This document shows, in pieces, positions 40,401-48,815 of a stretch of 64,000 nt of DNA (within the stretch, counting starts at the first letter, position 1; each line of letters opens with the position of its first letter). The notes beneath the pieces are model-generated. The model was not told the origin of the DNA, searched no databases, and was given only the letters and a program-made list of their open reading frames with translations. Location of the stretch: the IMG/VR virus record IMGVR_UViG_3300044639_001144. One strand, 5' to 3'. The translations under genes were made by a program, and so were the position numbers. This DNA comes from a virus.

Positions 40401-43400
40401 ATATGTTGGTGCACCATTTGATAGTACCTATTTAGACGAAGCTGGTTCAGTTGACCATCTAGTTAACCAATCACGTGTGTATGGTGTCATTACATCTACT
40501 ATAGCTAATCCTATTTTACCACCATATGGTACAATACGTATTAATAATAGCATTGTAACCGTTCCTTTGAACCCAAATAATACAATAGCTGGATTTGCAG
40601 CAGCAATTAACGCTGCAGGAATTCCAAATGTTGTAGCTTTGCCTACTACTGATTTAACTTTTACTGGCGACGGAACTACAAAAACATTTAATATAGGTTC
40701 TTTATATACTAATGCTAGTTCATATAATACTGTGGTATATATAAATGAAGTATTACAACTGCCTGGTGTAGATTATTCTTATGATCCTTCGACTGAAACT
40801 ATTAATTTTGTGTATATTCCTTTGACAGGAGTATTAATAACGGTTGTTTCTGGCAGATTAACTATATCGGTACAAAACGCCAACGCTGGAGTTTTGAACG
40901 ATTTAATTACAGTAACTCCGGGTGTAACATCTTCGATTTTTGATACACTGGGGTTCAATACCATGGTGGTTACTCAACAAATTTTAAGTCCAGCACCTGC
41001 GTTCAACGCCCAATTTGGTGCAAGTTTAAGTATTGATTCCAGTGCAGTTAATTTAATTGTTGGTGCACCAAACGGTAATGTATATGAACCAACAACGTTT
41101 GATGCTGGGCAAACATATGTTGACGATCACAGTACTACATTTTATAATCCGATTAATAATGGAGGGGTGGCATATACGTATGATTTCTTCCCAAGCAGTA
41201 CAAATAACATTAATAATCCAGGACAGTTTGCATTTGGACAACAAATTTATAATACTGTTATAGAACAAGGTGATTTTTTCGCTACGGCGGTTAATTATAC
41301 CAATGGCAGATTAATGGTAGGTGCCCCGGGCGGCACTCCTAATAATACAACCAGTTTAGGCTATACTGTAGTATATAATAATCCTGATAATACACCAACT
41401 TGGAAGCCAATACGTGTTCAACAACCAGTAGTTGATGTATATGCTATTAATAATGTATTCAGTTATAACGGCACTCAAGCTGTAGGAATTAACGATACCG
41501 TGAATGGGGGATATCAAACTTATTTTGATTTCTTTGATCCATTACAAGGTAAAATTCTTGGAATAGCACGTAAGAATATAGATTATATAGGAGCTGTTGA
41601 TCCAGCACAATACAATCAGGGTACTGTACATAATAATGGGCAACGATGGGGTGCTGAACATCTTGGACAAGTTTGGTGGGATACTGATACTATAAGATTT
41701 ATTGATCCTAACCAGGATGACATAGTATATGCTAGTCGTCGTTGGGGAACAACTTTTCCTGGAAGCAGAGCAGATGTATATCAATGGGTTGAAAGTTCAA
41801 CCCCGCCGTCTTCTTATTCCGGATCAGGTACACCTTTAAGTCCTACAAGTTATTCTATAGGATCAGTATTAGGTGCTAATAATGTTTTTAATACACTTTA
41901 TTATTTCTGGGTTAGAGGAATTACTACTATTGCTTCTGGGTCAGGAAAAACGTTAAGTGTTGATGGCATTGCAAGTTATATTCTCGATCCTCGTAGCAGC
42001 GGATTGCCATATATTGCCGGGCTTAATGCTTCTACTATTGCTATATATAATGCTCAAGGATTGTTAAATGGTAACAATACCATTTTAAGTATTGGGTTTG
42101 ATCAGCAATTAAATGATGATGTAGTACACCAAGAATATCAGATTATTACAGATGGTGTTGCTAATTCATTCCTTAATACTAATTTATACAGAAAATTTTT
42201 AGACAGCTTATGCGGTATAGACACAGTAGGCAATACAGTTCCTGATCCAAGATTAAGTTTGGGAATGAAATACGGAGTTCAATTCCGTCCAAGACAGACG
42301 ATGTTTGCTGATAGATTTACAGCATTGGAAAACTATTTAGGTCGTGCTAATACTGTATTATCAAAATATCCTATTACTGAAACGTGTAGTTTTAATTTAT
42401 TAACTGCATCACAACCAACTCCATCTGCAGATTCTGGAGCTTGGGATTTTGTAGTGCCAAATTTAGAAATTTTAGGTTATCAAAATCTTGCGGGAATACC
42501 AGTAGGATACAAATATCTTGTATTAAGTGACAGCACTCACCAAGGCACTTGGACAATCTATGCAGTTGGTGCAAATCGAACATTAACTTTAGTACAAGTA
42601 CAAAGTTACGATACATCGTTATATTGGTATTATGTTAATTGGTATTTGCCCGGATATAATTCAAGTATTGCTCCGGTTGCTGCTGTACAGAATTACGGGC
42701 AATTAGCTACATTAAGTTATGCGGCTGTTCCTATAGGTGCTTCGGTACGTGTTATTGCTAACGGATCTGGAAAATGGGAAATTTATTTACGTACAGGTAC
42801 TAATCCTGCTACTGGATGGCAACGTGTTGGACTCGAAGATGGTACAATAGCTTTTAAAGAAGAATTATGGAATTATTCAGTTGGCAATTATGGATTTGGC
42901 GCTCAAACCTTTGATTCGCAGCATTTTGATCAGGCTCCTCAAATTGAAACACGATTTGTTCTTCGAGCATTGAATGAAGAAATTTATGTCGAAGAGTTAG
43001 CACTTGAAAGAAATAGCAGTTTAATATTAATGTTTAACTATGTGTATAGTGAATTTACTAATCCATCTTGGTTAATCAAGACAAGTTATGTTGACGTTAA
43101 TCATAACATTCGTGCATTGCAGCCATATCAGACTTATCTTGCTGATAATCAAGACTTTGTATTAGATTATTTCCAAGAAGTTAAGCCATACCATGTGCAA
43201 GTGCGTCAGTTTAATTTAATTTATAATGGCGAAGATAATTTCCAAGGTGATATTACTGACTTTGATTTACCAGCATATTGGAATTCGGCATTACCAGCTC
43301 CGCAATTTGTAAGTCCAATATTAACTCCGTATACTCAAGCGATAACTACAAACAATTCGTTGGCAAGCAATACAGCACCAAATGATCAGTTATGGTTAAC

Positions 43401-46400
43401 ACCAAGTTTATATAGTCAATGGTTTAACAATTATGAATTAAATGTTCAAGGTGTAACACTTGTAAATTCTGGAGTAGGATACACAACAGTACCTATAATA
43501 ACTTTTGGTACAGTATGGCAAGCCAACACATCTTATTCACTTGGGCAACAAGTTTATTATGCCAATAACTTATATACTGTTACAGTTCCGGGTATTACTG
43601 GGTCAACTGCTCCGACATTTACTTTTGGTTCAGTATTAGATGGTAGTGCAACTCTTGCATATGCAGGGTACCCTGCAACTGGTACTTGTATTATTAATAC
43701 CTACGGTAGTATTATTTCTATTACAGTGACAAATCCAGGCAAAGGTTATATTACTGATGCTACTGTGAACATTACGGGTGGCGGATTGCCGGGTATTACT
43801 ATACCCTGGGCTGCTAATTTAGCTGTGGTTTCAAATAGTTATATTATTACTCCTACTAACAACATATTTGAAGTAACAGTTGCTGGAATATTAGATGGAG
43901 TGGCGCCAGTTGGGCAAACAAATCAAGTAAATGGCACAGCGACTCTGGCATTCGTGGGTCAAATTGCCAAAGCTGGTGTAGTAATGGGCAATCCTTCTGG
44001 GCACTCATTGGCTCGTACATTTAATGCAACACTAAAATACGACAGATATGAGTATTCATCAAATATTGTTGAATGGACAGCTAATACAACATATGCAGCT
44101 GGAACTCAAGTTCGGTTTGACAACATTGTTTGGAGTGCAGACAGTACAATAACTAATCCAGTGTTTGATCCAGAGCAATGGACTCAAGTTGAGGCTAGTA
44201 CATTGAGCGGGGTTAATCGTACAATGGGTTACTATGTCAGCACAGTTAATACTCCAGGATTATCATTACCATTATTGATAGACGGAGTTGAATACCCAGG
44301 AGTGCAAGTATCCGGATTAAACTTTAACCAAGACACTGGGTTTGATCGTGGTAACTTTGACATTAATCCGTTTGATAATTACTCATTAGATGCTAATGGG
44401 TCACCAACATATGATTTAAATATACTTGATACTATTTTTGAAAGTAGCTATTTAGATCCATACTTAGGAACTCGCCCAAGTGATATTAATATTGATGGCG
44501 GCAAGTATGTTGATGTGTTTGAAAGCCATGCTCCTGAAGAATTAGTACCAGGCATAGAGTTTGACACGTTAGATATGCGTGTTTACACAACTCCGGGTGC
44601 TGATTGGAGAGGGTTAGGACATGGGTTCAATCAAGGATTAGTGCAAGTCATCTATAATATCAACAGTCCGACTATAAGTTTTGCTAATTTAGTAACTTAT
44701 CCATTTAATTTAGAAATAACCAATGCGACTCAGAGATATAATTTAGTTGAAGGTACAGACTATACAATTGATTGGCCAAATTTAACATTCACTATTATAT
44801 CAAATTTTATAAGAGTGGTAGACGGCGATCAGCTTGGTGTTTATGTATATGATCTTGGTGGTGGTAATCAATTATTTAAAAATACATATCTCGGCAATGA
44901 ATTTGGCGATGAGTTAACAGTTCCTGTTGATGATAATTTATTGTTGTCTAATGATAACGGGTTTGCTATATTTGTTAACGGCAGTTATTTGTCTAATGTC
45001 AATTATACATATACTGCTGGCACAGCATTTGGTACAACTACTATTACATTCGATGATACTTACACTTCGACTGATTTTATTAGTTTAGCGGCCTTTGGTC
45101 CTACTACTGTTAACTCTGTAATTACAGATTATGAATGGAGTCTGCCAGTAACACAAAGTTTTACAGTATCAACATCGGGGCAAACGGTATTCAATTTAGA
45201 TCCAGCAATTAGTTTAGAATATACTAATCCTGTCACAGCAATTGTTACAGTAGGTGGAGTTACTGCAAGAGGGTCAGCAGGAATTCCTTACATTGGTGAC
45301 GGTAGCACCTATACATACATATTGCCACAACGCATTTCAGCTAACCCAATTACTATTGTAAAAGCTAACGTAAGTGTTTATATTGATGGTATATTACAAA
45401 ATCCAACAACATACGAGTTAGAAGTATCTGACGGATTTAGCTCAGATAGTTCTGTTGATTATTTCTCAGCAGGTCCGTTTGATCTTGATGCTGGAATATT
45501 GTATGTATTATTAGATACTGCACCAGACGACGGAGCTCAAATTTATATTGCGGTTGATTCTACAGCACAGTATTTGATTGATGCAGATGCCATGACGTTA
45601 ACATTTATTGAAAATACAGGTATAAATCCATTTGTGGGTCAAGTAATTTCAGTAACTACGTTTAATGATACCCGTGAACAAAGATTATCAACACAGATAT
45701 TTGTTGGCCCTATAACAGAAGGTGCTGTTGTTACCGAAGGATTTGATACAACTGGATTTGGCAATATATTTGATGGTACTATTGGCACAGTAGTACAAAA
45801 TAATAATTTTGTATTATATCAAACATATGCAGATATTTCTCGCCCATGGGTTTCATTGAATGGAAGAACATTAACAGCATATTTAGATTATACTATCGAA
45901 GGTAATTTGTTAATATTAAATTCTGGTACAATAAGAGTTACAGATACATTAATAGTAACCAATGTGACTAATTCAGTGGTTCCTGCTGCAATGGCATTTA
46001 GAATATTCCAAGATATGCGAGGAGTGCAAGCAACTTATCGTATTACTCCTAATACTACAACTACTGTAGCACAGCAAGTAGCGCAAGATGATGATACTAT
46101 ATATGTAGTTGATGCTAGTGCATTAAGTATTCCTAATTTTGCTGCTAATATATGGGGTGTGGCAACTATTAATGGCGAGCGTATTATGTATCGAGAGATT
46201 GATTTTACAACAAACACTATTAGTAGTTTACTTCGTGGAACCGCAGGTACCGCAGCAGCAGCACACAATGTAGGTGAGTATGTTTATGATATGGGACGTG
46301 GTAATTTATTATCTCCTGAATTCCAAGATTATGTTGAAAGCAGTTCGTTTATTTGTAATGGTACAACAAATACATTTACTACTACCATTAATGTTAACTA

Positions 46401-46746
46401 TGCTAATTTCTGGGAAAATACAGAGCCGTTTGACAGTACTACGTTTGATGAGGGTGATGTAACTGGTGAAACTTTATCTTTTGATTACGGATTTGCTGGA
46501 ACTCAAGAAGCAATTCAAGTGTATCTAGCAGGAGAATTGCAAACTAGTGGGTATGCGGTAACAAACACAGATCCTGTTGTAATATCGTTTAATACTCCGC
46601 CAGCAGATGGAGTAGAAGTAACTGTATTGGTAAAATTCGGGTCAACTTGGTATGCACAGGGTATTAATCCTCCAACTGCATCAAACGGGGTGCCTTTACA
46701 AGAAACCAATACTATCCCAGCTCTATTTCTAAGGGGTATAAATTAA
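31441..46746 (+). CDS. giant (5101 aa) baseplate wedge/adhesin protein (gp7 position) with beta-propeller and carbohydrate-binding repeats
   Basis: Follows gp6. YSWDPFVDFDKYNNY..YYW; FG-GAP-like repeats (FG.S...VGAP); CBM5/12-like W..NT.Y..G..V.Y repeats; DYFQEVKPYH; G.GYT..P beta repeats. Confidence 0.75.
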   Translation: MAAKIRSVDFLPEIFQTPVNTQFLTATLDQLIQEPKYKQTQGFIGQKVGPGVIPTDGYVVEPTANRNNYQLEPGVVSLDPTTSKIKDAITYPGIINALAIQGGITNQADRLFESEYYSWDPFVDFDKYNNYAQYYWMPDGPDLVTVAPTSIPTEQTFNVTRGNGAYSFTDYAGTNPTLTLVRNGRYKFVVAQNTPATIEYRVTNNGTSSWTIDATANPTLTLIRGNTYVFNLVQTVDLAFYIKTQPSFGTTNLWTDGVTNNGASQGLITFTVPQNAPNTLYYSNDLEFNLRGQFNVVSAEPGTGPDFWIQSAPGIDGKLPWSKNISSRDVLGVSNNGTDLGTVTFNVPDISAQNFYYSMPYIGYPTATTGAVDLISNVLYDEINGITVDEFLAAYPDGIDGITNLNGRTIVFPTQSSDPAPGGWYNVQPFDPLLTGQDYQVGSYDTTQFSETIPITDPAIQASLWQIQYVNKNGVDFIQLNSILPIANLTQFIVSFGAQYVNTQWYKNSSGFFTQMPLLTAALPQLYYQDSQDPSIFGVINLIEGNINPDIPALAITGLASTGSQVTLSFAQQTSAPYSIGSTIIVSEIIPTGYNGNYTVLDCTSTSVTYASTYTGTYSSGGVINSVSINSYINVETDILGQQNYTSPNGITFTNGLKIVLKGNVFPTSYINNTYYVQGVGTSITLVPESLLVVVESYATDVNGQPTVPDYITINMASLDLNPWTRGNRWFHVDVIDAAAAYNNVTPSYTGLQRANRPILEFRAGTKLFNFGTEGVPAVNIIDFTQTNALLNVNGQIGYGSNGYEFEQGSLVIFAADSNPDVRNQIFTVNFIVPDPETTTVPIIDLVPTSYSPVLPDQTTVCLNGLTLPVTLASGTGTIVTLNFTPRSSVPYVVGQSISVAGITPASYNGNYIVTACTTSSVSFTSNTTTTYVSGGTIGVQGQSFYYNGTTWVESQQKTSVNQAPLFDVFDSSGYSFSDSTIYPSSNFTGCKLLSYTENSNNPVDSVLGIPLAFFSINNIGDILFTNNLYTDTFVYTPSETAGVTVDVSNGFVYRYLDRISFTPEIGWQTAAIPSLPRQQFQFTYDGQPLQLDVVVETTLNVPPVQIFINDVYQLPSTYTLSVDSATNVSSITLTGNGYIIGDIVEVLAYSQQVSNVAFYEVPINLENNPFNGNSKQFSLGTVRQHYSTICENLVDLNGPINGRNNTRDLGNIVPYGQLILQQSSPLTLAGFFLRNINYDIFASLDYNSREYTKYKNKLLTEVTRLDLTGSETVAQIFDLAVSNITKSLTSSDSFYWSDMFPTGTNYTSNTTIVNPITTQTFNTTQVYDFTSSNYLGLLVYVNNVLLIRGTEYTVSSDAAKLTILVSLNIGDIVTINEYPTTVANWCPNTPSKMGLYPKYTPSVYVDDTYSEPTVVIQGHDGSITIAFGDIRDQILFEFEKRIYDNIKVDENPIPLSTDQVNPYFYPVETTALLPGYFRKTPYTYDEVNQIMNEDFLTWVGQNKVDYTAQDYVASNPFTYNYSQAANRIDQTKFLQGNWRGIYRYFYDTETPNTTPWEMVGFTEEPAWWIIRYGPAPYTSGNTVLWDDLEAGIVGDPAGPYILPEYIRPGLASIIPAGPEGELLAPIDCIVGLNNPYGFQQSWAAGDGGPVQSSWWNSSSYPYAIMRLLALTKPAQFFSLFADRDLYRYNTTIGQYLLNNRYRLDAAGVQVYGDGVSKASYINWIVDYNQQTGVNSTSALTESLANLDVRLCYRMASFSDPAYVQLFTERGGPNSTNNSLEIPASSYELLFYKNQPFKQITYSSVIVQVEQLGTGGIGYSVFGYSNVQPYFNILVSSPVGAYQTISAGNTTVQIPSQYTKNIRQIPYGYVFTSASSVCDFLLSYGAYLENQGLVFADVYNGYTLDWKQMAQEFLYFGAQGWQPNTMINLNPSATTISASQPISIVDTIASVTPENMLLDQNRFALDVSKMIVNRNGNRFSVTTTTGQTINFLTLKFTNYEDMIVLNNTTQFNDLIYDPITAARQYRLSLIASTTAEWDGQLNAQGFILNLNNVEEWKPNTKYTKGMIVLYKNTYWQSLVISDPAEKFNFNNWIKSDYQLIDNGLLPNLANKADQLVSAYDVYQANLTSDNDLFAFGLIGFRPRPYMTNMNLNGVTQVQLYQQLIGTKGTLQAAEIFNLAQLNKKESGDYNVYENWGILAGTYGAQANRSSFEIRMNQALLSYNPSTIQIIAPGQTSKANQSLYVDDLWKESFNITSNEILPTVYETSSLPTALPSAGYVCLDDVDVTVFSLKDPSSIDAAIGDIGIGTYIWAAKINTYDWGVYRVAGVPGQILQISDNLNNTSIVRFTAYHGLNISDLIIIKYFDDTVDGVYRVLAVPTPTTIIIAYSFLNYNVTTLSGTGLAFHLQSARVSQASDIATLPYVNDLARGAIAWVDNDGSGHWVTVQKQDPFITDSIITPGLSAVSQYGSSIAQAESNFAALVGAPGSNRILTYFRGVLTNYQYNNSLELGAIDSSNFGNMISFGNSEWAVAGANTSLSNMGYAAVIYRNPNINDFSITQLLVPPDQNFDPIRFGTSGAISQDEKWMYIGAPGNNVVYAYEKVEVVDQSITYTASRDILAYNYATTIQIDYLNPNQLLITLEGNTLSSGIDYTLDQNNVILAFPPGNGQTLIISRNVSEQLDVQTYHVIQPDSASGSGYGAVFTVTNTRGLYTASLVTGGQNYAVNDILVINGTQLGGTTPANDLSITVGSVINGGTMVGFSLAGTGVYSADEFILSDYLYNATSIENFTVTVNQVMQRPYFDYTFDAETTTLTFLTIPAQGAVIIAATPTYWQYVANITATDSLAGDNFGATVSTTTDGRQVFVGAPNATSNDITDSGIVYTIDRSVIRYIVSTPTQMVYTIPGDINAPLVVTVNNVVLLTTSQSVNGQYSLSGNTVTFANITFNYGDIIEFGTNQFTQTQELISSTQNQSAQYGSAIDACPLSCSLYVGAPFDSTYLDEAGSVDHLVNQSRVYGVITSTIANPILPPYGTIRINNSIVTVPLNPNNTIAGFAAAINAAGIPNVVALPTTDLTFTGDGTTKTFNIGSLYTNASSYNTVVYINEVLQLPGVDYSYDPSTETINFVYIPLTGVLITVVSGRLTISVQNANAGVLNDLITVTPGVTSSIFDTLGFNTMVVTQQILSPAPAFNAQFGASLSIDSSAVNLIVGAPNGNVYEPTTFDAGQTYVDDHSTTFYNPINNGGVAYTYDFFPSSTNNINNPGQFAFGQQIYNTVIEQGDFFATAVNYTNGRLMVGAPGGTPNNTTSLGYTVVYNNPDNTPTWKPIRVQQPVVDVYAINNVFSYNGTQAVGINDTVNGGYQTYFDFFDPLQGKILGIARKNIDYIGAVDPAQYNQGTVHNNGQRWGAEHLGQVWWDTDTIRFIDPNQDDIVYASRRWGTTFPGSRADVYQWVESSTPPSSYSGSGTPLSPTSYSIGSVLGANNVFNTLYYFWVRGITTIASGSGKTLSVDGIASYILDPRSSGLPYIAGLNASTIAIYNAQGLLNGNNTILSIGFDQQLNDDVVHQEYQIITDGVANSFLNTNLYRKFLDSLCGIDTVGNTVPDPRLSLGMKYGVQFRPRQTMFADRFTALENYLGRANTVLSKYPITETCSFNLLTASQPTPSADSGAWDFVVPNLEILGYQNLAGIPVGYKYLVLSDSTHQGTWTIYAVGANRTLTLVQVQSYDTSLYWYYVNWYLPGYNSSIAPVAAVQNYGQLATLSYAAVPIGASVRVIANGSGKWEIYLRTGTNPATGWQRVGLEDGTIAFKEELWNYSVGNYGFGAQTFDSQHFDQAPQIETRFVLRALNEEIYVEELALERNSSLILMFNYVYSEFTNPSWLIKTSYVDVNHNIRALQPYQTYLADNQDFVLDYFQEVKPYHVQVRQFNLIYNGEDNFQGDITDFDLPAYWNSALPAPQFVSPILTPYTQAITTNNSLASNTAPNDQLWLTPSLYSQWFNNYELNVQGVTLVNSGVGYTTVPIITFGTVWQANTSYSLGQQVYYANNLYTVTVPGITGSTAPTFTFGSVLDGSATLAYAGYPATGTCIINTYGSIISITVTNPGKGYITDATVNITGGGLPGITIPWAANLAVVSNSYIITPTNNIFEVTVAGILDGVAPVGQTNQVNGTATLAFVGQIAKAGVVMGNPSGHSLARTFNATLKYDRYEYSSNIVEWTANTTYAAGTQVRFDNIVWSADSTITNPVFDPEQWTQVEASTLSGVNRTMGYYVSTVNTPGLSLPLLIDGVEYPGVQVSGLNFNQDTGFDRGNFDINPFDNYSLDANGSPTYDLNILDTIFESSYLDPYLGTRPSDINIDGGKYVDVFESHAPEELVPGIEFDTLDMRVYTTPGADWRGLGHGFNQGLVQVIYNINSPTISFANLVTYPFNLEITNATQRYNLVEGTDYTIDWPNLTFTIISNFIRVVDGDQLGVYVYDLGGGNQLFKNTYLGNEFGDELTVPVDDNLLLSNDNGFAIFVNGSYLSNVNYTYTAGTAFGTTTITFDDTYTSTDFISLAAFGPTTVNSVITDYEWSLPVTQSFTVSTSGQTVFNLDPAISLEYTNPVTAIVTVGGVTARGSAGIPYIGDGSTYTYILPQRISANPITIVKANVSVYIDGILQNPTTYELEVSDGFSSDSSVDYFSAGPFDLDAGILYVLLDTAPDDGAQIYIAVDSTAQYLIDADAMTLTFIENTGINPFVGQVISVTTFNDTREQRLSTQIFVGPITEGAVVTEGFDTTGFGNIFDGTIGTVVQNNNFVLYQTYADISRPWVSLNGRTLTAYLDYTIEGNLLILNSGTIRVTDTLIVTNVTNSVVPAAMAFRIFQDMRGVQATYRITPNTTTTVAQQVAQDDDTIYVVDASALSIPNFAANIWGVATINGERIMYREIDFTTNTISSLLRGTAGTAAAAHNVGEYVYDMGRGNLLSPEFQDYVESSSFICNGTTNTFTTTINVNYANFWENTEPFDSTTFDEGDVTGETLSFDYGFAGTQEAIQVYLAGELQTSGYAVTNTDPVVISFNTPPADGVEVTVLVKFGSTWYAQGINPPTASNGVPLQETNTIPALFLRGIN

Positions 46747-46799
46747 AATAAATAACTGTAAGTTTTTACTTAGTTATAAATTATAATAAATAAAGAACA

Positions 46800-46937
46800 A
46801 TGGAAAATACAACATCTACTCAGCAACAATCTAATCCTACTAAACAGCCTAACGACACAGGATCTGTATCTGTGGATGCTTTTGTAAAGATATTTGATCC
46901 AAAAACACGTAAGGTATTTGTGGAGCAAAAAGCATGA
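46800..46937 (+). CDS. small hypothetical protein (45 aa)
   Basis: Not in the ORF track. MENTTSTQQQSNPTKQPNDTGSVSVDAFVKIFDPKTRKVFVEQKA; TAAATA 7 nt upstream; ATGA overlap with the next gene. Confidence 0.7.
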   Translation: MENTTSTQQQSNPTKQPNDTGSVSVDAFVKIFDPKTRKVFVEQKA

Positions 46938-47539
46938 TACAACCTGGTTTAGCAAAAATTGAAGGATTTATTAAAATTACTGATGCTGTAACTGGCGAGG
47001 TTTTAGTTGATAAAAAGAACGCCATTAATTACGAAAATATATCAATTGCTATGGCAAATGCTCTTGCAGATCAAGGAAAAGGCTGGATTTACACCATGGC
47101 TTTTGGTAATGGCGGATCAGCAGTAGATCCGACAGGAGTTATTACATATCTTCCCCCGAATGTAGTAGGGCAAAATGCTAGTTTGTACAATGAAACTTAT
47201 GCTCAAGTAGTAGATCAAAATTCAGCTAATAATTTAGATCCTGTCAATAATAACATGACAGTATTGCATACGTCAGGCAATCCGTACACAGATATACTAG
47301 TATCATGTTTATTAGATTATGGGCAACCAGCTGGACAACAAGCATTTGATAATAGTACCAATTTTAATGGTGAATATGTATTTGATGAATTAGGATTACA
47401 ATGCTGGGATGGTTCAGCTAATAATTTATTCTTAATTACTCATGTTATTTTTCACCCAGTACAAAAGAGTTTGAATCGTCAAATCCAAATAGATTATACG
47501 TTACGAATTCAGACTTTGACGAACCTAAGCGCCGCATAA
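46934..47539 (+). CDS. baseplate/tail-fibre attachment protein
   Basis: GFIKITD..TGEVLVDKKNAI, MAFGNGG, FDELGL, THVIFHPVQKS..R.IQIDYTLRI. Confidence 0.55.
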   Translation: MIQPGLAKIEGFIKITDAVTGEVLVDKKNAINYENISIAMANALADQGKGWIYTMAFGNGGSAVDPTGVITYLPPNVVGQNASLYNETYAQVVDQNSANNLDPVNNNMTVLHTSGNPYTDILVSCLLDYGQPAGQQAFDNSTNFNGEYVFDELGLQCWDGSANNLFLITHVIFHPVQKSLNRQIQIDYTLRIQTLTNLSAA

Positions 47540-47559
47540 ATATGTATATATTAAACGGC

Positions 47560-47567
47560 TATAAATA
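47560..47567 (+). promoter_or_regulatory. canonical late promoter TATAAATA
   Basis: Upstream of SD GGAG and the ATG at 47591; a second TAAATA at 47537-47542. Confidence 0.65.
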
Positions 47568-47590
47568 CTATACAAGGACGGAGTAATAAT

Positions 47591-48793
47591 ATGAGTTATA
47601 CAATCAATTTAACCAACGGTAATTTATTAGTTACTGTTCCAGACGGTACAATCGATACTACTACCTGCTCGCAGGCATTGATAGGCAAAAATTATGCTGG
47701 ATATGGACAATTTTTGGATGACAACTTCGTTCATTTGTTAGAATGCGGGGCTGATTCTACTCAACCAACTGCACCATTAACTGGTCAACTATGGTTTGAT
47801 ACTACATTAGGTGTATTACAAGTATACAATGGCGCAGATTTTAAAACTCTTGGTAGCGCACAGGCCGCAGCTAGTGCTCCATTGAACAACGCTATAGGTG
47901 ATTTGTGGTTTAATACAACTGCACAGCAATTAAATGTATATACTGGAACAGCTTGGTTATTAGTTGGTCCAATTTATAGTGCATCTACTGGTATTACAGG
48001 TGCGGTTCCGGCTGTAGTTACTGATAATACTGCTGCTTCTCATATTGTTGTTGAACTTTACGTAAATGATACAATTGTTGGATTTATTTCCGAAGATGCT
48101 GCATTTACTCCAAGTCCAAGTATTTCTGGATTTACAACAGTTCGTCCAGGTATTACTCTAGCTACAACAGTCGGCGGACAAGTTCCGTTATTCCAAGGAA
48201 CTGCTACTAACTCACAGGCTTTAGGTAACGTTACTGCTAGCTCATTCATGAGGTCAGATCAAAATACATCTACTAGTGGTAGTATTACTATTAACTCGTC
48301 AGGTGCTGCTGTTGCTCTTATTAACGCAGCTGGGTCTGCTGTTGGCAACATTGGCAGTAGTTCGGTCCCATTCAATACAATATTTGCTACAGCTACTTCA
48401 GCACAATATGCTGACGTAGCAGAACGTTTTGCTTCTGACGAAGCATATACTCCAGGTACTGTTGTTGAGTTAGGTGGATCAGCAGAAATTACAAGATCTA
48501 ACACCGCATTAAGCGAATCTGTGTTTGGAGTCATAAGTACAAGAGCAGCCTATTTAATGAATGGTGGTGCAGGTAATGATTTAACCCACCCTCCAGTTGC
48601 TATGACAGGCCGTGTTCCAGTTCAGGTCACAGGTGTCGTACAGCGTGGAGATCGTTTAGTATCAGCAGGTAACGGCATAGCAAGAGCCGCAGCAGCTGGT
48701 GAAGCGACAGCATTCAATGTAATAGGGCGTTCACTCAATGACAAATTAGATTCAGGTTTAGGTACCGTTGAAGCTATTGTTACAATTAAATAA
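47591..48793 (+). CDS. tail fibre protein with C-terminal intramolecular chaperone/autocleavage (peptidase G2-like) domain
   Basis: LIGKNYAGYG...DNFVHLLE; two G(Q/D)LWF repeats; YADVAERF...GTVV...VFGVIS...VAMTGRVPVQV.G....GDRLVS. Confidence 0.75.
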   Translation: MSYTINLTNGNLLVTVPDGTIDTTTCSQALIGKNYAGYGQFLDDNFVHLLECGADSTQPTAPLTGQLWFDTTLGVLQVYNGADFKTLGSAQAAASAPLNNAIGDLWFNTTAQQLNVYTGTAWLLVGPIYSASTGITGAVPAVVTDNTAASHIVVELYVNDTIVGFISEDAAFTPSPSISGFTTVRPGITLATTVGGQVPLFQGTATNSQALGNVTASSFMRSDQNTSTSGSITINSSGAAVALINAAGSAVGNIGSSSVPFNTIFATATSAQYADVAERFASDEAYTPGTVVELGGSAEITRSNTALSESVFGVISTRAAYLMNGGAGNDLTHPPVAMTGRVPVQVTGVVQRGDRLVSAGNGIARAAAAGEATAFNVIGRSLNDKLDSGLGTVEAIVTIK

Positions 48794-48815
48794 ACTATAA
48801 CAGGAAAACACGGTA

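Noticed and set aside
47746-47760. GGGGCTGATTCT resembling a tmRNA 5' end
   Set aside because: Lies inside the tail-fibre CDS with no matching 3' tRNA-like end; chance match
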